Source: an uncultured bacterium
GTDB lineage: Bacteria; UBA8481
Direction of reading: 5' to 3'
Length of the DNA stretch: 64,000 nt
Assembly (NCBI GenBank): GCA_964499705.1
Contig: CAZCME010000001.1
Location: 8,943 to 72,942 of the forward strand
The notes under the pieces were generated by a model. The model was not told where the DNA came from, searched no databases, and saw only the letters and a program-made list of their open reading frames with translations. A program made the translations under genes and the position numbers. Shown here piece by piece: positions 1 to 9,045 of this stretch (the stretch's first letter is position 1; each line of letters begins with the position of its first letter).

Positions 1-1
1 A

Positions 2-580
2 ATTCGGCACGGATCCTCGTCCGGGTTCACGCTGATCGAGCTTCTCGTCGTCTGCGTTATCATTGGCGTCCTGGCGGCCATCGCTCTGTCCAAGCTCGGC
101 CGGTCCCTGGCTCATGCTAAACTGGCCCAGTCGATTTCCAATGCCAAGACGATCGAGCGCGCGGGCTGGATGTACAAGGCCGTGAAAGGGCAATTACCGG
201 TCATCGCGGCGGATGGATCAGGCACTCCGGCGCCCATGCAGAGCGGTTCGCCCGCATGCGACCAGATCGGATCGGGTCGCTATGCGGGTGGGTACAACGT
301 CTGTTCCTACATGAAGCAATGGATCAGCGAAGTTCCCAGGAATACCACCGGGTGCGGATCGGCCACGACGTTCATATGGAATTCCAGCCCTGACGATCTC
401 GACGATTATCCGGCCTCTGCCGAAGGGGGATTCCACTTTCAGCGTTGCTACGGGTTCGTGATGATCAACTGCAACACGTTTTTTCTAGATTCGGACAAAT
501 ACTATTACGAAATGGGGCAGTCGTGGACGGACGCGACCAAGCCCACTTCTCTTTCCGGCGCAACGTGCGCCTTTAATTAG
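2..580 (+). CDS. prepilin-type N-terminal cleavage/methylation-domain protein (type IV pilin / T2SS pseudopilin-like), 5' end outside window
   Basis: In-frame translation from nt 2 gives ...GFTLIELLVVCVIIGVLAAIALSKLG..., the class III signal-peptide/prepilin motif (G|FTLIEL + hydrophobic helix). The frame continues into track ORF 170..580 with no upstream stop. Cys-rich C-terminal part. Confidence 0.6.
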   Translation: MRHGSSSGFTLIELLVVCVIIGVLAAIALSKLGRSLAHAKLAQSISNAKTIERAGWMYKAVKGQLPVIAADGSGTPAPMQSGSPACDQIGSGRYAGGYNVCSYMKQWISEVPRNTTGCGSATTFIWNSSPDDLDDYPASAEGGFHFQRCYGFVMINCNTFFLDSDKYYYEMGQSWTDATKPTSLSGATCAFN

Positions 581-674
581 CTTGTATGAAGCTCGTGCCC
601 CTGCCTAAGATCGTCTCGGATAACATGACCTTCTTGTCTCGTCGCAGATCGTATCGTTCTCGGGCGTTCTAGAT

Positions 675-1583
675 ATGCGCTGGTATCTATTCAAGAACGA
701 AACCGTGTATGGGCCGTATGTCGAGGAGCAGCTCAGCGCGTTTTTGAAATCGGAAGATCTCGTCGCCCGGGAAGGCACGGCCACATGGATCAAGGCGGTC
801 GAGGATCCTGATCTGGCGGACGCCTTGTCCGGCATCATCCAGCCCGCCATGGAATGGCATATCGCTCCATTGCATCGCGCGCGCATGGGTCCCCTGACGC
901 GGATCGCCGTAGAGAACATGATCAAGCGAGGTGAACTCGGTCCGCAGGATATGATCCGACATCAGTCATGGCAGAAGGATGTGCCCTTGGGCCAGACCAA
1001 GCTCTACCATTTTCTCACGACGCCCTATGTCAAGATCGAGGACATCCCGCCCGAGGACCTCATCGTCGCGCCGCGCCAGGTGATGGCGCCGGGAAGTCCC
1101 TCGCCTGTCTCGTTCCGAGACAAGATCGTCGCGACCTTTCCGAAGGTCCGATTTGATTTCGCCGTGACGCCCAGGGTCAAGGCGATGATCGTCGCCGCGG
1201 TTCTCCTGCCGCCCTTCATCTGCAGCGTCCATGATTACGTCCGAAGCGCGCCGAAAATCTCGTCGGCGCAGAGGGAAGGATGGAGCATTCCTCGTCTGGT
1301 GGCAGGAGGTCGCGACGTGAAGATGGTCATCGGTCTTCCGCCGCAGCCCGGCGAGATCACGGTCGTCGCCGTGAATGAAGCAACGCAGGAATTCAGCCTG
1401 TTCGTCAAGCTCGATGCCCGAACGCCCCAGGTTACCTCCAAAGAGATCAACCTCCGGTTCGAGGAGATGGCGAAGAACGACAGCATCCGTCGCGTGCGCG
1501 TTCTGTATAAGAACGACATCATCGCCGAACGCAAGTTCTCCGCCATATCCGTGGAAAAACTCGAAAGGAAGAAACCGCAGTGA
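675..1583 (+). CDS. hypothetical protein with N-terminal DUF4339 (GYF-like) domain
   Basis: N-terminus MRWYLFKNETVYGPYVEEQLSAFLKSEDLVAREGTATWIKAVEDP resembles the DUF4339 'W-Y-Y..G..GP....L' motif. The stop overlaps the next start (GTGA). Confidence 0.4.
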   Translation: MRWYLFKNETVYGPYVEEQLSAFLKSEDLVAREGTATWIKAVEDPDLADALSGIIQPAMEWHIAPLHRARMGPLTRIAVENMIKRGELGPQDMIRHQSWQKDVPLGQTKLYHFLTTPYVKIEDIPPEDLIVAPRQVMAPGSPSPVSFRDKIVATFPKVRFDFAVTPRVKAMIVAAVLLPPFICSVHDYVRSAPKISSAQREGWSIPRLVAGGRDVKMVIGLPPQPGEITVVAVNEATQEFSLFVKLDARTPQVTSKEINLRFEEMAKNDSIRRVRVLYKNDIIAERKFSAISVEKLERKKPQ

Positions 1584-2866
1584 TCGATCCGTTGTCCGAT
1601 AACCCATCGTCCCCGTCTCCGCCGCCTCCGCCGCCTCCGCACGGGCGCGCGGATATCCGTGCGCGCCGCCCCGAGACACTGCCGATCCTGGCCGCGCTCC
1701 TCGTGGCGGCCGCGCTTATCGCTCAAGGGTCCGACTGGCTCGCGCAATGGTACGTGCCTCCCCCCTCGCATGACGAGGCTCCCTTCATCATCTGGCTCTT
1801 CAGCGCCGAGGCCGAGGCGATCGCGTTGCCGCTCGCGCAGTTCCGCGCGGATCATCCGGGTGTCAACATCGTCGTCCGGAAGTTCGAATGGGATTTTCCG
1901 CTCCTGGAGCAGATGCCTCTGCATAACGGTATGGAACAGCCGAGCCTCATCCAGATGGGAACTACGTGGCTGCCCGCAGCCGCCCGGGCCGGGCTCGTCA
2001 TTCCGCTCGACTCCCTCCTGGATCGTTCCAACATCGGTGAGGAGATCTTTCATCCCGAGGCGTGGCGCACCTGCGTGTTCGATTCCCGGACATATGGAGT
2101 TCCGTGGTATATGGAGGACCGGTGCCTTATCTATCGCACCGACATGCTGCCGCGGGCTCCGGTGAGTTGGGACGACTTCCGCGCCTGGAAGCCGCTCGTT
2201 GCGCCGAACAAGCCTCTGCTCCTGCCGCACGGCGAGTGGTCGGTCTTCGGAATCTTTCTTTTCCAGGAAGGAGCCGATCCGTTGAAGCCCCTCTCGCCCG
2301 AATGGGTCCGCGCGCTGGATCAATACATGAGCTTCTTCAAGGACGGCACCACGATTTACGGCGACACCCTCGCGGAATTCCACCATCTCGATGCGTTCGC
2401 GGAAGGCCGGTACGCGGCGTTCGTGGCCGGACCGTGGATTGTGCCGATCCTTGAAAAGAATTATTCGAAGCTCGCCGATTCGTGGACCGTCGTTCCGCTG
2501 CCCGCCTTGCGCGGCAGAAACACGTCACTGCTCGGCGGTTCGAACTGGGTCATCCCCACGCGTGCTCCGAAAGCCGAGCTCGCCTGGGACTTCATCGAGC
2601 AGATGTCGCGGCCGGGCGCGCAAGCGGAATGGAAACGGATCTCCGGAGGCCTGCCGGCCGTCAGAAAGGCATGGCGCTTCGATCACGAGGAAGGCTCCAC
2701 GGGCCGCGCCGCGTTCCAGGGGCAGTTGTCCGACGTTCGCGCCGCCCCGATTTCTCCGGCATGGGAGCGCATCGAGCATCGCTACGCGGAGATTCTCAAG
2801 GACGTTATCGGTGATACAATGACGCCCGCCGAAGCGCGCGCGGCGCTGGCGAAGGAAATGGAATGA
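1580..2866 (+). CDS. ABC transporter substrate-binding protein, family 1 (sugar-type), with Pro-rich N-terminal region
   Basis: Conserved SBP_bac_1-like segments (..IQMGTTWLPAAARAGLVIPLD.., ..GVPWYMEDRCLIYRTD..). N-terminal hydrophobic anchor LPILAALLVAAALIA preceded by PSSPSPPPPPPP. GTG start overlapping the upstream stop. Confidence 0.6.
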   Translation: MIDPLSDNPSSPSPPPPPPPHGRADIRARRPETLPILAALLVAAALIAQGSDWLAQWYVPPPSHDEAPFIIWLFSAEAEAIALPLAQFRADHPGVNIVVRKFEWDFPLLEQMPLHNGMEQPSLIQMGTTWLPAAARAGLVIPLDSLLDRSNIGEEIFHPEAWRTCVFDSRTYGVPWYMEDRCLIYRTDMLPRAPVSWDDFRAWKPLVAPNKPLLLPHGEWSVFGIFLFQEGADPLKPLSPEWVRALDQYMSFFKDGTTIYGDTLAEFHHLDAFAEGRYAAFVAGPWIVPILEKNYSKLADSWTVVPLPALRGRNTSLLGGSNWVIPTRAPKAELAWDFIEQMSRPGAQAEWKRISGGLPAVRKAWRFDHEEGSTGRAAFQGQLSDVRAAPISPAWERIEHRYAEILKDVIGDTMTPAEARAALAKEME

Positions 2867-4137
2867 GCCTGGACTTGAAGAACAATCGATTCCTGCTGGC
2901 CTGGGCGATCGTGGCGACCATGGGATGCGCGGGCCTCTTCATCTGGAGCCTGCGCGAGAAAGCCCCGCAGTCCATTCCTGGCGCGGAGTCACCGGCGGCG
3001 ATCCACATCGCAAGGCCGCTCGTCATCTGGGTCTACGGCGCGGAGGCGCAGAACATCAACCTCATCCTGTCCGATTTTCGCAAATCGTTTCCGAACGAAG
3101 ATGTGCGGATCGTCGGCAAATCCTGGGGAGAATACCCCGGGCCTCTTTTGGCGTCGCTTCCCTCCAAGGAACAGCCGGATCTCATCCAGATCGGCTCCAC
3201 CTGGGTCGCGCCGCTCGTGGAATCGGGGCTGCTGTTGGCCTTGGACGACAATATCAGGACGAGTATCGTGCGGGGAGACCGGATGATCTCCGAGGCGTGG
3301 GAACTGTACCGCGCGGATTCCGCGCAGGTCGCGATCCCCTGGTATCTTGATCTTCGCGCGCTCTACTACCGGTCCGACCTCGTTCCTGATCCGCCGAAAT
3401 CCTGGGATGATCTTCGCGGCATCGCCAGGCGTCTGCGTGTCGACGTTAACGGTGACGGCCGCAAGGACCGGTACGGCCTATCCTGCGGATTCGGCGACGT
3501 GAACAATTTCCTCAGCGTCTTCTGGTCGTCCAACGGTTCTCTCGATCGCCTGGACGGCAAGGAACTGGAGACGGCCTTCGACAGGTTCGTCGGAATCTTC
3601 AAGGACGAAATCGCCGCGTTCGGACCGTATGAGGAGACGCGCGACCCGGAAGCGATTCTCGCTCTCGGTTACACCCCGATGATGATCTCCGGTCCGTGGA
3701 ACATCCGTCTCATGCAGGCGGATTATCCCTGGCTGTCCGATTCCTGGTCCACCGCCGCTCTGCCGCGGTATGAACGACGCGTATCATTCGTGGGTGGCTC
3801 CGGTTGGGCGATTCCGAAGGGCGCTAGAAATCCCGAGGGTGCCTGGAACTTCATCGAGTACATGAGCAACGTCAATCGGCAGACAGAATGGTTCCAGATC
3901 TCGGGCGATCTGCCCGCGAACAAAGAGGCGTGGGAGAAGGAAGTGATGACCGCGCCCGTCCTGGCGGGCTTTCGCGAAGCGCTCACGGAGATCAACTACC
4001 CGCCCGTCGACTCCCGCTGGTCGGAGACCGAACGGAAATGGGGAGCGATCCTGAAAGATGCCATCGACGGCAGAATGAACCGGAGCCAGGCCCTGGCCGG
4101 GTTCCGCGCGGCGGCGGAATGGATACAAACCAGGTAA
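2863..4137 (+). CDS. ABC transporter substrate-binding protein, family 1 (paralog of the upstream gene)
   Basis: Collinear similarity to the preceding SBP (..IQIGSTWVAPLVESGLLLALDD.., ..IPWYLDLRALYYRSD.., C-terminal ..AW.FIE.MS....EW..ISG.LPA.K.AW). N-terminal TM/signal LLAWAIVATMGCAGLFIW. ATGA overlap with the upstream gene. Confidence 0.6.
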   Translation: MSLDLKNNRFLLAWAIVATMGCAGLFIWSLREKAPQSIPGAESPAAIHIARPLVIWVYGAEAQNINLILSDFRKSFPNEDVRIVGKSWGEYPGPLLASLPSKEQPDLIQIGSTWVAPLVESGLLLALDDNIRTSIVRGDRMISEAWELYRADSAQVAIPWYLDLRALYYRSDLVPDPPKSWDDLRGIARRLRVDVNGDGRKDRYGLSCGFGDVNNFLSVFWSSNGSLDRLDGKELETAFDRFVGIFKDEIAAFGPYEETRDPEAILALGYTPMMISGPWNIRLMQADYPWLSDSWSTAALPRYERRVSFVGGSGWAIPKGARNPEGAWNFIEYMSNVNRQTEWFQISGDLPANKEAWEKEVMTAPVLAGFREALTEINYPPVDSRWSETERKWGAILKDAIDGRMNRSQALAGFRAAAEWIQTR

Positions 4138-4164
4138 AACCCGGGAGTCGGAATCAGGGATTAT

Positions 4165-6777
4165 CTACTTCACTTCCACTTCGCCGGTCCATCGGATTTC
4201 CCGCGATGAAGCGCCGATCAGGAGCCGATACTTGCCCGGTGCCACGGTCCACTGCCGACGCGACGGATCCCAGTAGGCGAAGGACTCAGGACCCAATGCG
4301 AGGGTTATTTTCTTTCGTTCTCCCGCGGAAAGTTCAACGCGTTGAAAGGCCTTCAATTCCTTCGGAGGCCGCTCGATGGGTGCATCCGGAGCAGCGACGT
4401 AACACTGGACGACTTCCGCGCCGGACCGATCGCCCGTATTTCCCACCTCCAGAGTGACTTCGAATCGATTCTCTCCCGTGGCGCGAATCGAAGCGTTGCG
4501 GTAGTCGAACTTTGTGTACGAAAGGCCATGGCCGAACGGGTAGAGCGGCTCGATCCCTGCACGGTCGAAATGACGATAGCCGACATAAAGCCCCTCGTCG
4601 TAACGGACCTCGACGTGGTCGCCCGGAAAATTGTCCAGGCTGGGGACATCCTCCGCGCGGCGGAAGAACGTGGTCGGAAGCCTGGCCGATGGATTCACAT
4701 CGCCGAAGAGAATATCGGCGATCGAGTTGCCGCACTCCTCGCCCGGATACCACGCCTCCGCCAGGGCGGCCACACGGTCGATCCAACTCTCCATTATTAC
4801 GGGCGCGCCGGATTGGAGCACGACGACGGTTTTAGGATTCGCCGCCGCAACGGCTTCGATGAGCGCGTCCTGGCCTTCCGGCAGATGCAGGTCCGCCCGA
4901 TCCGTTCCCTCCGACTCGATGTGCTCCGTCAAGCCGACGAAAAGCAGAACCATGTCGGCCCTTCCGGCTATCTCGACGGCGCTGTCGATATGAGGCCGGT
5001 CCCTGGGAAGGAGCCATCCGAACCGCGCGGAAGCGTCGCCGCGGTTTTCGTAGTACTCGATCTTCACATCGTACGTTCGATCTGCTTCGAGGGAAACTCC
5101 GACGCGCCTGGTTTCGTGCGAGTGATTGCTCCAGTGATCGACAATTATCCGACCGTCGAGATAGAGCCTGATCCCGTCATCGGCGCCGACACCGAGCTGA
5201 TATTCCCCCGACACCCGCGGCGCGAGGCGCCCGGTCCAGCGCACGGAAAAATGGTCGGCGGGGAAACCGACGGCGGGCGATCCCGCTCCCCACTGGAAAT
5301 CCACGGCCGCATCCACACGCGTGAAAGCGGGGACGCCTTCGCAGTTCATGTTCGTGAAATACTCGCCCCGCAGTCCGTGGATCTTCCCCCCGGCCGGCGG
5401 CCGGAGGCATGAGGAGGGAACAGGCGGCATGTCATCGTCCATGGGACATCCGACTTCATACTCGATCGCGATCTTGTCGCCGCATCGGGCTCGCAGCGCT
5501 TCGAGAGGGGAGACGGACGAGAAGGGCGTAACGCGCGAACTTCCTCCGCCGCCATACCGGGCCACGGCCGCGTTCGGGCCGATGACAGCAATGCGCTTCA
5601 CGGTACGCGGGATCGGCAGAATGTCGCGCTCGTTCTTCAGCAGAACGATGCTCGCCGCGCCGGCGTCACGCACCAAGGCGCGATGCGCGACGGAGTTCAC
5701 GTCGGCGGGCTTGCCGCGCACCTGACCGTCGAATATCCCCGTCGCAATAAGGACGCGCAAAATTCTGCGAACCTTGTCGTCCAGGATCTCCTCCTTCCAG
5801 TCGCCGGAACGAAGGGCATCCCGGAGCGATCCGTTGAGATACCTGTCCTCGGGCATTTCGATGTCGAGGCCGGCGCGCGCGGTTGGCAGAGCGCTGTGCA
5901 CCGCTCCCCAATCCGACATGACGAATCCCTGGAATCCCCATTCCTCTTTCAAAATGTCGTCGAGCAGGAACGGATTCTCCGAGCACCACGCTCCGTTGAC
6001 CTTGTTATACGCCGACATTACGGACCAGACGCCGGCTTCCACCACCGAGGCGCGGAACGCCGGAAAATAAATTTCATGGAGCGCGCGTTCCGAGACACGG
6101 ACGTCGATATGCCCGCGGTCCGTTTCCTGGTTATTGGCGGCGAAATGTTTCACCGTCGCGACGACGCTTTCGGATTGAACGCCTCGAATGTACGCGACCG
6201 CCATGCAAGAGGCGAGATATGGATCCTCGCCGAAGCTCTCGAAATTGCGTCCTCCCTGGGGAACCCGGTGGATGTTGACGCACGGCCCAAGGAGAACGTT
6301 GCGGCCGTGACCTTTCGTCTCCCGCGCGAGCGCGACGCCGAGGCGTCGCACCATCCCGGGATTCCACGTGGCCGCCATGTTGATGCTGGCGGGGAACGCG
6401 GTGGAGCGGTCCCAGCGGACTCCCACGGGCCCGTCGGTCATGAGAAAAGCGGGAATGCCGAGCCGGGGGACGGGTCTCGATGCGAATCCGTCGCCGCCCG
6501 AATCGCGCCCGTTACCGGCGATCATGGAGATCTTCTCGTCGAGCGTCATGCGGACGAGAAGGTCTTGCACACGCTCTTCGAGCGTCGCCGGTGCGCGGCC
6601 GGGGTCGCCGCTTCGCGGATCGAGGGTAAGTCCGGCGCTCCTTTCCAGATCGACGACCGGTCCGGGTTCGGCTCCGCGCGCCAGGATAGCCATGATCAGG
6701 ACAGATCCCGCAAGAAGCCCGGCCGCCGCGGATCGGGAAAGCACGAATCTTTTCCGCGCGCGGGATTCAAAAATCAC
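4165..6777 (-). CDS. glycoside hydrolase family 3 beta-glucosidase with PA14 insertion and C-terminal FN3-like domain, secreted
   Basis: GH3 motifs (..LDEKISMIAGNG.., ..GIPAFLMTDGPVGVR.., ..NVLLGPCVNIHRVPQGGRNFESFGEDPYL.., ..FVMSDWGAVHS..). PA14 region (GLRGEYFTNMNCEGVP...YDVKIEYYENRGDA). Likely GTG start at 6777 overlapping the upstream stop (GTGA), followed by signal peptide IFESRARKRFVLSRSAAAGLLAGSVLIMAILA. The track ORF start at 7065 is probably too far upstream. Confidence 0.85.
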   Translation of the reverse strand: MIFESRARKRFVLSRSAAAGLLAGSVLIMAILARGAEPGPVVDLERSAGLTLDPRSGDPGRAPATLEERVQDLLVRMTLDEKISMIAGNGRDSGGDGFASRPVPRLGIPAFLMTDGPVGVRWDRSTAFPASINMAATWNPGMVRRLGVALARETKGHGRNVLLGPCVNIHRVPQGGRNFESFGEDPYLASCMAVAYIRGVQSESVVATVKHFAANNQETDRGHIDVRVSERALHEIYFPAFRASVVEAGVWSVMSAYNKVNGAWCSENPFLLDDILKEEWGFQGFVMSDWGAVHSALPTARAGLDIEMPEDRYLNGSLRDALRSGDWKEEILDDKVRRILRVLIATGIFDGQVRGKPADVNSVAHRALVRDAGAASIVLLKNERDILPIPRTVKRIAVIGPNAAVARYGGGGSSRVTPFSSVSPLEALRARCGDKIAIEYEVGCPMDDDMPPVPSSCLRPPAGGKIHGLRGEYFTNMNCEGVPAFTRVDAAVDFQWGAGSPAVGFPADHFSVRWTGRLAPRVSGEYQLGVGADDGIRLYLDGRIIVDHWSNHSHETRRVGVSLEADRTYDVKIEYYENRGDASARFGWLLPRDRPHIDSAVEIAGRADMVLLFVGLTEHIESEGTDRADLHLPEGQDALIEAVAAANPKTVVVLQSGAPVIMESWIDRVAALAEAWYPGEECGNSIADILFGDVNPSARLPTTFFRRAEDVPSLDNFPGDHVEVRYDEGLYVGYRHFDRAGIEPLYPFGHGLSYTKFDYRNASIRATGENRFEVTLEVGNTGDRSGAEVVQCYVAAPDAPIERPPKELKAFQRVELSAGERKKITLALGPESFAYWDPSRRQWTVAPGKYRLLIGASSREIRWTGEVEVK

Positions 6778-9005
6778 CTCGGCCCGATCTCGATCGGGCC
6801 CCGCCAGATTCCACCCCCCCTTCCCTCGTCCTCCCCGCGGATTGCGACGTTGTTCGCGCCGGACTTCAGAATCGAAAACGGCACGGCGTAGGATCGCGGC
6901 ATCCTGTACGCATCCGGTCCGGGCGGCGTGCGTCCGACCTCCACGCCATTGACGTAAGCCTGATCCGCGTCGTCCACCGCTCCGAGCGTCAGCGTGATTC
7001 GCGATCCCGATTTCTTCCATGCGTCGCGTTGTTCCTCGCTCAATATGAACTCGGTCCGGATCCATCCGATACCATCATATTCGTCCCACGCCCCGCCGAA
7101 ATTCTCCCATCGATCCGGCACGGCGACATCGGTCCACTCCACATCGGCGATGTCCGCGAGCGCGAATGAACCGTCCCCGCGATGCGCCTTCCACCGGGCC
7201 GATCGAGCGAGGTCGATCGATGCCGCGGGACCGTGGACGGCGCGGGTCTTCCAACCGATGCGGGATGTTGCTTCGCGGATCCAGGAATTCCGCATGAAGA
7301 GCTTCCACAGCAGGCCGCTTCGGAAATTTTCGCACGCGAGCAGCACCGTGCCCTGGTCGATGCCGATGACGCATCTGGTCACGAACCCTCGAGACTTGTT
7401 GACTGAATCCGGAAATCCATATTTGCCCCAGGAGTCGCGGTGATCGTCATACAGGCGGCGCAGCGTCGCCAGGGACAGGTTCGGAAGGAACGGTAACGAA
7501 CCCGCGGCGGCGTACACGACGAGGCTGCCGTCCATCGGAGGATTGCCCGGCGGAAATCCGTACACGATGTAGGCGTCGTCGAGACCGTCCGCGGGCCCCA
7601 GCCCCCACCGATCGGGCGCGTAGCTGCCCGGGAATTTCTCAGCCTCGCTCAAGCAGTACGCCCGCATTCCCAGCGACATGTTCGTCGCGTTCTCGAAGAA
7701 GTCGAGCCCGCTCTTATCCGTTTTCCCCCGGAAGTCATACCACAATGTCGGGTAGATATAGAGGGCCGTCTGAGCGAACGGGAGGGTCATGTATTCGTAT
7801 CCGTCGTATGATCCGGGTCTGCGTTCCAGAGCGTACCAGCTCTCGGCGTCCAACGGATACGTCGGACTGCCGAGACCGAGGATATAGACGAGCGGCGATT
7901 CATCCACGGCGGAGGCCCAGCGATAGGGAATGAACTTTCCATTCGCGCTCACGCCCATGGAAACGAGCCGGGGATCCTGGTCGCGCGCCCACGCCCAGTC
8001 GACCCGCTTGTAGATGCGCGTGGCCAGCGCGGAGACCACGGTATCGCCGAAATACTCCATGGCCGTAATCATGCCGGACAGGAAGAGGACGGTGTCGATG
8101 GTCGAAATTTCCGTGCCGGGCTCGTCCTCGCCGGTCGACATGTTCACAAAGTGAGGAAAGAATCCGTGGACGTTCCGGATGGGGCCGTCGGCGACCGTCT
8201 TCAGGGTCGCGCGAACGCGCTCGATCCCCTCGTCGCGCGCGACCCATCCGCGCTCCACTCCGATGACGCAGGCCGACAGAGCCCATCCGGTCGCCGCGAT
8301 GGAGGAAACCACCCACTCTTCGCTCGATGCGTAGTTGTGTCCCCGGTCCTTCGTGAGTCCGGTGACCGTGTCGGATTCCCACCAGAAATATGCGAACGCT
8401 CGCCGCTCGACCAGATCGAGAAACCGGTCATCCGTCAGTTCGGAGGATCGCGCGGGATCCTGCCGCGATTCCGCGAGGAGCCGATCGGCGATCGAGCGTT
8501 CCCAGGCTTCCCGCGGCGACGGCGCGGCTTTCCATCCGACCAGGTTCACCGCGGGCGGATTTCCATCGGCGCTGCCGTGAAACATGATCTCGTGGATCGA
8601 GCTTCCCCACGCCGTGGCGCGCTTCTCGCAATGGATCCGGACCTTTTCAGTCCGGACGGCTGGATTCAGCAGGAGCACATCCTCCATGCCCGTTCCGCCC
8701 CGCTTCGTCACGATCACGTTCCACCGGCCCGCCTCGTCCGGAACGCTCACCGTGTAATCGGCCGCTCTCGCTGTTTCCCAGCGGATGACGATCGAATCGA
8801 TCCAGACGGAGCGGTCGAATGTATTCTCGATCCACTGGTCGTCGGCGAAATCGCTCGACCATCTTGTCTTGCCGTCGCCGTCGAATGCGAATTGCGGAAA
8901 GTAACGTCCTTCCGTCGTGGATGCATTGGCGGCAACGACGTAGGCGCCGAGCGGTCCGCGGTGAAGAGGACTGGCCGCGCCGCAGGCTCCGATCAGAAAT
9001 ATCAC
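6774..9005 (-). CDS. secreted glycoside hydrolase-like protein: N-terminal F5/8 type C (discoidin) domain + six-hairpin PF10091/GH144-like (putative endo-beta-1,2-glucanase family) domain + C-terminal galactose-binding-like domain
   Basis: Discoidin signature (..FDGDGKTRWSS....QWIE..F......I.I.WE.A.A..Y.V....). Central region (..GLTKDRGHNYASSEEWVVSSIAATGWALSA..ERGWVARDEG..) recalled as the PF10091/DUF3131-type (alpha/alpha)6 fold. The family assignment is from memory and needs an HMM check. Confidence 0.55.
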   Translation of the reverse strand: MIFLIGACGAASPLHRGPLGAYVVAANASTTEGRYFPQFAFDGDGKTRWSSDFADDQWIENTFDRSVWIDSIVIRWETARAADYTVSVPDEAGRWNVIVTKRGGTGMEDVLLLNPAVRTEKVRIHCEKRATAWGSSIHEIMFHGSADGNPPAVNLVGWKAAPSPREAWERSIADRLLAESRQDPARSSELTDDRFLDLVERRAFAYFWWESDTVTGLTKDRGHNYASSEEWVVSSIAATGWALSACVIGVERGWVARDEGIERVRATLKTVADGPIRNVHGFFPHFVNMSTGEDEPGTEISTIDTVLFLSGMITAMEYFGDTVVSALATRIYKRVDWAWARDQDPRLVSMGVSANGKFIPYRWASAVDESPLVYILGLGSPTYPLDAESWYALERRPGSYDGYEYMTLPFAQTALYIYPTLWYDFRGKTDKSGLDFFENATNMSLGMRAYCLSEAEKFPGSYAPDRWGLGPADGLDDAYIVYGFPPGNPPMDGSLVVYAAAGSLPFLPNLSLATLRRLYDDHRDSWGKYGFPDSVNKSRGFVTRCVIGIDQGTVLLACENFRSGLLWKLFMRNSWIREATSRIGWKTRAVHGPAASIDLARSARWKAHRGDGSFALADIADVEWTDVAVPDRWENFGGAWDEYDGIGWIRTEFILSEEQRDAWKKSGSRITLTLGAVDDADQAYVNGVEVGRTPPGPDAYRMPRSYAVPFSILKSGANNVAIRGEDEGRGGGIWRGPIEIGPR

Positions 9006-9045
9006 GATCGCGCAGAGCTCCCGTGACCTCTTGAACGCGCGCGGG

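Noticed and set aside
4342-6891. Plus-strand ORFs 4342..5412 and 5683..6891
   Set aside because: Antisense to the GH3 beta-glucosidase gene. No motifs.
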